Assembly: GCA_973895155.1 (NCBI GenBank)
Contig: OZ316891.1
Location: 19,741,048-19,805,047, forward strand
Source of the DNA: Marsupella aquatica
Lineage: Eukaryota > Plantae > Marchantiophyta
Reading direction: 5' to 3'
DNA: 64,000 bases
Shown here: positions 40,716 through 51,958 of the stretch, piece by piece
Layout of the letters: each line of letters starts with the position of its first letter
Numbering within the stretch: position 1 is the stretch's first letter
Made by a program: the position numbers and the translations under genes
The notes under the pieces: model-generated
What the model was told of the DNA's origin: nothing
The model's database searches: none
What the model saw: only the letters and a program-made list of their open reading frames with translations

Positions 40716-43715
40716 TTTATTTTTTAATAAAAATATACACACTTTTTATATACAAAGGGACCAAACAGAGTACAAATGAACAAACAAAAGAGGACCCAAG
40801 TGGACAAAACCAATCGAAAAAGAAGTGAGCAAAAGGGAACAAAAAGAAGTGAGGAAAATGAGAAGAAATATACAAACTTTTTACAGAAAAGACCAAACAG
40901 AGTACAAAAGAACAAACAAACGAGGTGCCAAGGGGACAAAACCAAACGTAAAAGAAGTGAGCAATAATAAACCCCTAAAAACCAAGAAAGAGGAACTAAA
41001 ACTAATACAAATGAACCAAGCTCCTCATCATTCATAGCAAATGTGGCAAAAAGCTAATGGTCCACATCAAGTGTCAAAACTAAATCGGCTAGTGGGATGG
41101 GAATGTCCTCTAGGGGGGCTAGCCGCTGCGGAGGCACCCAACACCCACTGTCAGAGATCGACAATAGATAGCCTGAGCTTGAGCACGCTGCAAGGTGACT
41201 GAAATGCATTGGAAAAAGTGAGTGGTTAAAACAGAAAGTGCGGGTCCGGCAAGACCCATCCGGCCATGAACATCCCGAGCAGCTTGTTGCAAAAGCCCAT
41301 CGAATTGATGATAGAGACGCCCAAATATCTCAAGAGCAAGGGGGAGGAAGCTATTAGATGACGCTCGTGTAACATACGCCTCCTTTGTTGTTGTCGCTCG
41401 TGATGCTGCTGCCCCGGCCTTTGTTGGCCCTGTCCCAATGATGTCTTGGCTCAATGGGTTTGCCACCACTACATCTGCCAAAGTATGTTGACCCTCACGT
41501 ACCATGGTAAGATCCACCCGTAACGGGTGTGATGGAGGACCAGGTAACTCGAGCACCACCTCCCATCGTCCGCAGACCAAAGCCGGAGAGAACCTGGGCA
41601 GTCGCATCTCTCACAATATTGTGTACAATAACAATTTTGCCTCCCAAACTGCACCCAAGAAGATGGACACCTGTGGCATCACAAGGCAAGGAGGTAAACC
41701 TACAAGAAGTGGGTGGGGCAGCCCCATACAAAGACGCATGGCTGTCGAAAACTCCGCTGAAGACATCTGCAGATGAGGAATGATTGGATTGGCCCAAAGC
41801 CTTCCTCCTGCGCCCTTCCCTCCGGAAGAAAGAATCCGAGATTGATCCATGTCAGGTGCCTCGATGAGGATGCTAGAGAGGGTGAAAGTGTGCATACGCC
41901 CAACAAGGTCTGTGTGAAGACAGACAAGGTCCAAGGATAAAAACTCCTAAAATGAAGGTAACACAGCTTGGACAGGATCTGGTAATGATGACCGCGTTGC
42001 ACGCAAATGAACCTGGAATGGGAGGGAACCTCCTCTACCTCCATGAGAGACAAAAGTAAAAAAGGTCAATCCTCAATAAGGTGCAAGGCGCTCAATGGAA
42101 GTAAACCCAAAACCACCCTGAGAAATAGGACGATTGAGCTGTCAATGTAGCCACGGAGATGAGAGCAAAGTACTTGGCCCTAAAAGAGAGGCCAAAGTCT
42201 CACAAATGGAGACATCAAACGCTTGGAGGTGTAGACAAAGATCCTCGGTAGAGGCATGCATTCTAGCCAAATAAGATGCGCGAGGGTGATGCATCTCAAC
42301 AACATCCCAAATGCTGCATGAGAATCTGCTAACTTAGGGAGCATAGGAGTAGGGGCTAAGGCACCCTATAGAGCGCCAACAATGAAAGATGAGCAAAAGG
42401 AGACGGTATTGACTGGGGAGCCAAGGACCCAAAGACCCCCTCCTGGACATAAGAACCTAGGGGGAAGCTCAAGATCAGAGGGTAACCCAGTTGGACTCCA
42501 TGCACAACTCTTCACAGGATAAACCCGTAAACCAAGGCCCATCAAATGGGTCGAAAGTGTGGCAAGGGTAGAAGTAACCACAGTGGATGGACCGATAATG
42601 TGGGTGTCATCTGAAAGGGAAGGGAAGATACACTGGGGGTGCCAGGCCATGGAGGCTTCCCGTAAAGCTATAAAATGGGCAATGGCAAAAAGAGGTCCAC
42701 CCAAAGGGTCACCCTGACGTGTACCTTTTGTAGAAGAAAAAGTGGTATACGCTCCTATAGAAGTGTGATGACTATAGACGAAGGGTGCCTCGAGTCCATA
42801 AAAACAATGGACAAAGGGGATAAGGGACTGGAGGTCTGGATCCACTGCCCTCAAAGCACAAAAAATTGCTGCCCATGAAACCGTATTGAAAGCATTAGAG
42901 ACATCAATCTGGATGACAACCCAATCAGGGTGGAGATCCAAGGTAGTGCGAATACCCGCAATAACCATCGGGAACACCCATTGAAAACTGATGTGGAGAG
43001 AGATGATCCAATAGTGTAGAGCGATATTGCAACGAAAGTGTGCGAGACACAAGACAAAGAAAAACATCTCCATTAGCTATTGGCCGAACTCCCGGTGAAG
43101 ACTTAGCCATGGCCAATAAACGAGAAGCACTCACAAGCCAAGAGATGGGAGGAGGCAGATGGCCAGCTGCAATGCACTGCGAAAAAGGAGAAGAAAACTG
43201 GAAAACCAAACTAAGGATCCTCAGGGGAGAATAAATCGCAAAAATGCTCAAAGACATAGCCAGAGGGGCCACCAACCACGCAACACGGGGCATGGAGGAA
43301 GGCATAGGTGAAGTGGTCCTTACTAAACTGAGAATCATTATCAGACTCAAAATCCTCCATGAACAAAGGGAGCTGAAAAAAGGGCTGCGTATGGAGATCC
43401 TGAAGGGCTGTCAAGGTGACCTCACCAGGGAGGGCTGGCGTGGTGGGAGAAAGGGCCTGGATGGCATGATGATATTCACCAATCTGGGCTAAATGCCAAG
43501 AGCGACAAAGGCGTCTATGCTCTAGAGGAGAAGAGTGGCGAGTTGGGTCAGACAAAGCACGGGCAATAAAGGAACAAACTCAAAGAAAGTACTCCTCCTG
43601 AAGCTACTCCCAATTGCCCCACAGAAAATTATGGATACAAGAGGGCAGTCTCACAGTGACCCACACGACCACCATGACTAGGAAGGGTAAGAGTCCCATG
43701 GAAAAAGCATTGAAA
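40716..43715 (-). mobile_element. 5'-truncated, decayed CRE-like copy (copy B) with a doubled 3' end
   Basis: Colinear with copy C, with frameshifts, stops and deletions; SLSDD is retained. 11-bp TSD GACTTGAAAAT at 40705-40715 and 43716-43726. Short A-rich sense tail at about 40716-40727. Confidence 0.88.
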
Positions 43716-46700
43716 GACTTGAAAATGCATTAGAGACTCTTCATGCTGCAACTTGAAAGTCTTCCAGTCCTCTATCTGAACTCAAGGTTTATATTGCATT
43801 TAAGAATCTGTATGAGATACACGATGAATACATTGCAGGCATGAGCAAAGTCCGTCGACCAGAGCAATGGTGGAGCCAATATCCAAAGTCTGGGTCTGAT
43901 TTTACCTTTTGGTGGCTGATAATTTAAAAAGGGCTATAACGTTGAAAAGGAACAAAAGGGAGGAATGGAAAGCATCCGAATCACAGGCAATCTACCTGCC
44001 ATTGATGAACTTGTGTGGCAATCTACCTGTGACTGATACAATTTTTTCAAGACTCTCCTTGACCAAGCCGCTGTGATTGATGCACTTTGAGATTGGACCT
44101 AGCCCGGATTCTACAAAAATTACCAATGCCTATGGGGTTTATCACCCCCTACATTTTGTTTTCAACTGGAAAGAGTAAAGTTATCCAGGAGAGAAAACAG
44201 GGCCAATGCATAGTGGGCATCAATGTTATTGGGAAAGAGTTGAAGCTAGAACCAGGGACCAGGGAGGAGGCCTGAAGAACATCAAACTTGAGAGAGTAAA
44301 GGAAGACAAATCACAAGTGTACAGGCAACACCCATCACTTGAGGGTAGCTAGTTGCCCATGCAGGAAACCAAACCCCAAAAGAACATCATGGAAACCAGA
44401 CCCCAGGCAACCAGGATGGGGCCTTTGGGCCTGGAAAACCTTCCTGAGTCCAAATGCTTTAAATCAATTTAGAGCATACTAATTGATGCATACCATTACA
44501 GTTTTGATATGCATGACTTCAGGTCCACAGATGTGGAAAGTAGGTCTCACAATATTTGTTGGGTCTCACAAGAAAGCTGCAAGATATTTATTCTTGGGAA
44601 TAAGGAACAAATGTGCCTTGAGTTTTGAAGTTTGGGTGGGACAATCACACCATTTGCGGTGCCCATTGCCCACCGCAAAGGCGCAAATATATTGTTCTAT
44701 GGCCCCACCTTGACTCAACCTGGATCAGCAGTTGCAGGCTAGAAGATTTCGAAGATCCACTAAAGGCATGGCTAGTGACATAAAGGTGCTCCGAGCGAAA
44801 TCCTCTCAGCAAAGATGCAAACAAATTTGGCCGCCAATGCATTCTTAATGGCCACCGCGTGCAGCAGAAAGTGGGATGGACTAAATCATTCGAGAGTCTC
44901 AATGCTTCAAAGAATCAAAGTTGAGGAATATGACTTTTGACCTAAACAAAACTGGTCATAACTTTTCACAGGGTCATGTAACAATTTTATATTGTTTTGC
45001 TTTCATTACCTTCTATAGTGAATTATGGTCGTGGCATATGATGAATCATTATGGCAAAAAGTTTGGTAGATCATAACTTTTTCTGGCCCTAACTTTAATT
45101 ACGAGATTAACTAGTTAAGGTCCACCAATTTGAAACTTTGAGATTTGAAAGTGAGGGCCCCAAGGTCCCAAACCTCAAATTACATTTTCCAGTGCTCCGT
45201 GACTTTTTGGGGGTTTGTTTTTGCTTCAAGCGAGTAAAACCCAGTCCTGTACATTTTGAGGCTCAATAGGCACACAGGACTTGAGTGAGGCCCTTTGGTT
45301 CACTTGGTCATGAAAAAGTATTGCTCTTGAGTGAACCAAGGAACCTCTCCCACATGAAATGAAAAGCAAGGAACAGAAACAAAAGAGGGAGGCACCACAG
45401 GCACAGAAGGCCATAGGAACCCAGATGGAACTGAAGAGGAACCCACAGCACCATGAGATCATCTTCAAGAGTGTATTAATTGAAAGAATGATGACCACAC
45501 TCAAGACAAAAGTGGAGATCTAAATTATATAGATCACATTGCCAAATAACTAAAAGCACGAGGATTGCAAAGTCATGACCCAGTAATGGGAAAACACAAG
45601 CAAAGGAGCAACCCCAGGAAGACCAAAGAGCCAAAACCTCTCAAAAGTTCCCTTCAACCAAAAAGCAACTAAAGCCCACTGAGCAGTAAATGCCCTAAAG
45701 ACACAGAGAGTGCCCGAGTAATCCCCAAAGGAGGGTCAAGAAGGACTAAATTCCAAGTAGTTTCCCGTTCACTTGTCCCGACCTGTAGCGAGTTGCACAA
45801 CTCCTTGTCCAGGGTGGGGTTTCTCAAGTCCTTCACTTGAAACAGAGGGAAAAAGGAGGAGAGCCTTGGACTGAACACAATATTTCAATACATATCCAGC
45901 ACGCAAGCACACGCATACAAAAGTAATATCACATACCATCTGGAGCATATTTCTCACTTTAATAAGAACTACAGTCCCAACAGACCATGTGACAGTTCTC
46001 GTTGTAGAACGTGCCCTCAAGAAACTATGAGACGGCGCCTGATAATAGCCTTTTAGCAATCTACTGTAAGTGTTTAATTTATTACCGAAAGACATAATAA
46101 TAATAATGACAGCGCAGTCTGTATTAGCAAAGTTTTTTAATCAAATCGTATATTTTAAGAGAAACCACACTCAACCAATTAGAAAGCAGCCTTGGGGTCC
46201 TTTATAAAACCAAATCAGAAGTGTGCGGGACATCAAACTTGATGAGGGGCTAAAATTACCCCCAACCTGGCCAAAAAGAGGGACAAGAGGGAATGAAGCT
46301 TATAACCTATCAGCTATATACACACACCCATATCAGTGAAGTTGAACAGCTTTGCCTAACTTGAACATGATTTTGGGTGTCATACTCCTGCCGAGTAAGA
46401 ATGGTTTTGCTCAGTTGATCTTACTGATCCACTTCTTCTCTTGACGGCCTTGCTAAATTGCAAAATTTCCATTTGTCTGACTTCACTGAGTAATTTCTCA
46501 CTCAACTGCCTCGCCAAATAATTATTTTGGGGAAAAAAGCACATGGCTGACCTCGTCGAATCACTTACTCTACTTGGTGACCCCATTGAGTCATCTCGGT
46601 GCTATCACTGATCATGAGCAGAATGATTCCACATACAAAAGACTGATGTTTGATACCAACCAGTGATAACTGATGGGGTTGCTACACCCAGAGGAAATCT

Positions 46701-47989
46701 AAATGTAGGGCCAGAGACAAGGACAAAGGGAAACCAGGTGTGAGTTATGAAACAAGAAATTGAAAGAATAGTAATGAATACATTGGCATATTCCTTGTCA
46801 CTACTGTTGGCACAAATGCAAGAAAAACCACTCAACCCAGGCCTCAATTAGCAGAAGCAACTCAGACCAACCCAACCTCAGGTGGGGTTTCTCTTACCCT
46901 CCCCCTCCCCATCCCCAACAAAAATACTCATCCCAACCCAATCAGCATGTACAATAGTTAATCTCTTCATTTGGGAGAGGAGAATATCTATAAGATTGTT
47001 GCGTTTGTTGCCTGGTCCATTAAATCAACATGGTGGATCTGCCATCATTTTCATTATAGTACCCATCTTACGACACCCCAAGTTCTTCACGTCATAAAGA
47101 CTTTCTCAAACTCTAAGCGAGACAAGGCTTCAATTGAGCTCCTTCAAAACCCAGATGACAAACCTCCAAGAGCAATGTTTCTCTTGGCGTTTGTCCAAGG
47201 GAAAAAGGACCAGTTTACAAACAGGGGCCGTCAAAGTCCAAATGGAGTAGTAGCAACACAGGTCCAGAGAGGACAATATGAACCAATGCACACCCAAAAA
47301 CCTAGAAGGAGGAAAAAGTAACTTTCTGCTCATCCTATAGGTGTGAAGTGAATAGTTGCATAGCTATTTAATTTGCATGAGACAGTAACCTATTGTAGGT
47401 TTCCTAGCTGAACTGGTTGGATCCACTCCAATGCGCTGTTCATGTTCATGCTCATGCTCTTGCAAAGCTCTTGGTACACACACATGGGCGGTGTGTGTTG
47501 GAGTGGGTCCTCACCAACAAACACCCATATTCCTCTTTTAAAAGAGACCATGAAGAACCTACACCGCCTACAACTTATGGTAGCTTTACAAGACATGGGG
47601 GGCCATTGCTTGTTTTATTCCCTCTGAGATTAAACTGGACCATCTAATGAGTGTAAACGCTACAGTTGGAACTAGGGTCCACTATGGTATGGTTATGGTG
47701 TCTATATATATCCTATATAGCAAAAAGTGGGCCCAAGAAGATGTTGATGTGAAGTGCTTATTTGGTCACCTCTGGAGGTGGTCCAAAATTTAGCTGTGAT
47801 ATGCAAATGATTTTCATTTATTGGATTTCAAAATATTTTTGGTAAATAGTCTATCCTCACAACAAGAACTGGCTTCAGTTTGCTGTAGTAACAATAAACT
47901 CACAAAGGCCCCTAGTGACATAAACGTGTGCACCGTGAAGAGTGAAAATCCCTCCAGCACTGATTAGTGGTACTTTTTTGGTAAGAATG

Positions 47990-48110
47990 GCTCCTTTCAG
48001 GGGTTTCCCTTTGCTCACTTCTTCCCTGTTAGGTTTTAGATCTGGACTTGTTTGTTTGTTCTTTTGTACTCTGTTGGCCCTTCGTTTAACAAGTTTGTAT
48101 TTCCTTTCCC
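47990..48110 (+). mobile_element. Isolated CRE-like 3' UTR fragment (extreme 5' truncation)
   Basis: gggtttccctttgctcacttctt...tttgtttgttcttttgtactctgttggccc matches the sense 3' UTR of copies A-C. Confidence 0.65.
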
Positions 48111-49112
48111 TTGCAGTCAGCCAAACGAATGCAGTACTGCAATGCCCAGTAAAACATCATTAGCAATTTAATAAGAATTTAGAAAATAGCATTTGCAAAG
48201 GAGACCGTAAAGTCACCAAGGTCATCGTGAGAATAGAAATAAGGACTCAGTCATGACTTGCCAAAATCCATTAAGCAAATGAGGCAAGGTATCATCTGTT
48301 TGGGATGACGCACACTAAATGATTGTCTGGAGTTCATGCACCAATCAAACACCATAGTACTTGACTACTTTCTTTCTGCCAAAAATGTCCTTAGTTTGTT
48401 TATGAAATGAAAACAGGTGAGAGCTCATCTTGGCCATTCATTAAGAAAACTATTTTTTTGCACATCACATCCACCCATACACTTCCTTTATCACAACTGT
48501 CTGCCTCAGCTCCCTGAGCCTGTCATCACCTGCTTGAGATGGAAAAACTAATTAGAATTTTTTTTGAAATTAAATAAAACAATAAATCAACTCTAGAAAT
48601 AAAGGAACTGTAGAGAATATGGGATATTTTTAAACTAAATAAAAATAAAAATATCCCATCGTGTCACGCAGATGTGCTTGGACTCTGTGACGCTGTTGCC
48701 CTAGTCTTGGGTTCCCACTCCCCACTTTTGCCTACCGGACAACAATATTTTGGCAACAACAATCACCCAAGCAAAATTTTGCACCCACAAATGACCCAAT
48801 CAGAATGATAACACTTATTTGTCTCACTTGCAATTTTTTTTACCTCACCTTTGTGCCAGTTCATTTGAGGCTTTCCTTTCTCGTTGCACAGACTGGTTTA
48901 AATAAACTGTTTACCCTATTGCAACGACCATCATGTGATTGACCACAGGTTTGGAACAACATGATGATCAATGACAACATGGTCAGAACAACATATAAAA
49001 TGCTTCACTTCCTTGCCTCACGTGTATTTCTTCACCTCAGCTTGACACCATGATAATAATGACCACATTTTATAATGAATGTGGAACTTTATGGTCCATT
49101 GAGCCCCAATCT

Positions 49113-49308
49113 GAGCATGAGGCTTCTTTTGGTCAGGTCCTCACTGAAAAAGCCATGGGTGGTGTTACACCCTGGTCTTGAGGAGATGACTTAGTGCATT
49201 TTAGCAAACAGAGCATGAGACTTCTTTTGGTCAGGTCCTCACTGAAAAAGCCATGGGTTGTGTTACACCCTGGTCTTGAGGAGATGACTTAGTGCATTTT
49301 AGCAAACA
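49113..49308. repeat. Near-perfect tandem duplication, 2 x 98 bp
   Basis: gagcatga..cttcttttggtcaggtcc...gcattttagcaaaca occurs twice. Confidence 0.92.
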
Positions 49309-49619
49309 CCACATGCAATCTTGTGCTAATTAAAATACCTCTATTCTATAAATAGATTATTGTGCAAATAGTCATATTTTGAATGCTAAATGAAACATCC
49401 TTTAGCAACTTTGATCAAAATTGTATAAAAATATTTATCTTGGACCGCACGTGATTCCAATGGTTTTTTGTAGTTGACCCCAAAAGACCCTGAGAGGGAA
49501 TTGTTCTACAAGAGCAGAAGCTTTCTCAAAACAAACACTTTTTCTTGCGTTCAATGAGTGTATTTGGGCTCATAATGCCCGCAATCATTGCAAAGAAATT
49601 CGAGAAGAATAGTGATCAT

Positions 49620-50620
49620 AATTTACAAAAGGGTTAAATTAAAGTACAATGAAGGGAAAACAAAACAGTTCCAAAGAGGAAAACACTAAACACTAAAAAA
49701 GAGGCAAATACAACCCTGAAAATCAAGAAAAGGAAAAAGAAAAATAGAGGGAAAAACTTACCACTACAAATGTGTGATGAGCTAATAGTCCACTTCTAGG
49801 CTGGTTTTTTCTTGGGGCCCTTTCCCCTGCAAAAGCCTCATGGGCTAATTGTCCACATCTACCATTGTAACTAAATCTGCAAGTGTGAAATGGTGGCCTC
49901 TAAGGGTGCAACCGAGGCACACTAGTACCTATACCAAAAGATCTAAGATAGAGCGCCCGAGCTTGAGCATGTTGTTATGTCACTGAAACTTGCTGATAAA
50001 GTGTATGGTCAAAACAAAGTGATGGCGTAATGGAATTACCCTTCCATGAATGTCTCATGCTGCCTGTCAAAAAAGAAGCTCATCAAATTGATGATGGAGT
50101 TGCCCAAATATCTCAATAGCCATGGGGAGGAAACTATTTGATGAAGCTAGGGAGACAAATTTTCCCCCTTTGATTGCTACCACCCATGTCACTACTGCCC
50201 TTGCCCCTGTAGTTGCTATGCCAATGGTTCTTGGCACAAAGGGTTGACTAGTACAACATCAGTCAAGGTACAACATCACTCAAGGTATCTCGGCCATCAC
50301 AGACCAGGAAAATCAAGCACCATCTTCCACCTCACATGTACCAAAGTCTCTAAGTGAATGTGAGGGGTATCACTCAAACATCATATACAACTAAGGTCTT
50401 GTCACATGTACTGCACAGAAGAATATGGCCCCTTGTGGCATCACAAGACTTCTCACATGTGAGAATGCAAGTAAACCTGAAGAGTGATGTACACTGTCCA
50501 TGGACAAAAACTTGTAAAGTGAAGGTAACATACATAGCTCGAACAGGTGGGGTGGTGATGACTGCACCTAACCTAAATGAATCTGCAATACAGGGGAACA
50601 CTCTTTGACCTCCATGACAG
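49620..50620 (-). mobile_element. Old, decayed 3' part of a CRE-like copy (copy E)
   Basis: Remnants such as CTCEKSCDATRGHILLCST, gcccgagcttgagca and the terminal DVD-stop region match the 3' end of copy C. Boundaries approximate. Confidence 0.7.
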
Positions 50621-51958
50621 GGCTTTGATCATACAGACAAACTTTTCAAAAGAGAGGATGTTATAGGAGAAACTTAAGGGCCAAAGTTGTGGGTTTCTCA
50701 TGCTATGTGCGCTTGTATCTCACTTGTCATTTTTCAGTAAAGCCCCTGATTTCATAAAAGGAAACAAGGATTGTTTTTTAACAATAATGAGGCTCAGCGA
50801 GCCACAAAAGTGACCTGAAAGCGAATGGATTATATTTCAACAAATAGAAAAAGTAAAATGTTAAATACACCCTGGCCAGTATTATTATTTTCACCCCACT
50901 TGGGGTTCTCATGTTTTGCTGGCAACCAGTAAAAGTCACAAAATAATATTCTCATTGGTATGCTTCCATCAGTCTTCAACCTAGCCCTACCCAGCCTGTT
51001 CAAAACTACTTGGTGCAATCCCACGGGACTGTATGAAATTTGTTTGTTCTTCAAACATGAGAAGACCAGGATACAACAACAACTCGTATTTTTTTGGTTC
51101 TTCAAACATGAGAAGACCAGGATACAACAACAAATCGTTGAAAGATCTGCGACATGCACATGGGTTTGCTCCTCCCAAGTTTGATAGATCCCTTTGAGAT
51201 GCTGATTACCATTTCTGCCTCAAGCTGGAGCCTAGAGTACAATTGTATGGAAGGATAATTGGCTTTCATTTGTGGACCAAATTGCATATGATTGCAGGAA
51301 CCTGCAAAGATTTTCGCATCTGACAGTCAGACTCCCTAACTGCAGTTGGGAGGATTAAACTTTCACTTTTGGCCTCTGGTGTTAACTTAGGGTACTTTTT
51401 AGGGTTCCACATGGGATCCCAACCTCATTAAAATACCATTAGTTTTACACGTAAAAAAATTCTACAATTATTCCTGTTTCTCAACTTTTAATTAACTAAT
51501 TTAGTTGAAATTTTATACAGTATGAAATGTTATCTATTTTTGTGTGAATTAACACCTTATTTTAGATCCTATGCTTTATAAAAATTGGGTGGTATAATTA
51601 TATAAATGTATATGTCTAATGGTATAATTTCATACTACTAGAATTTATATAATTTCACCTTAGATTGCAAGTGATGGACTATACAGGATCAGCCTAAAGG
51701 CCCGCCGAAAAGAAGGAAACAAAATAAGAAACAATAAACACACAAGGACTATCCTCACCATACAAGTCCAACAACCCAAATTTTAATTGGCAACATCTAA
51801 ATGTGGTCAGAAGGTCCTCTAATTGACAAATGCAGATTACAGGCAGTCCATGGTCTAGACCAATTTGAGCACATGTATCACAAACGTCCAAAATTCATGG
51901 TGGGACTAAGTATACAATCTGAGCGGCCTGAAAGAAGGAAACATAATCAGAAATAGAA

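Noticed and set aside
43716-47320. Additional L1-like relics (also about 14940-15900)
   Set aside because: Only vague Trp-rich remnants; boundaries and identity could not be supported.
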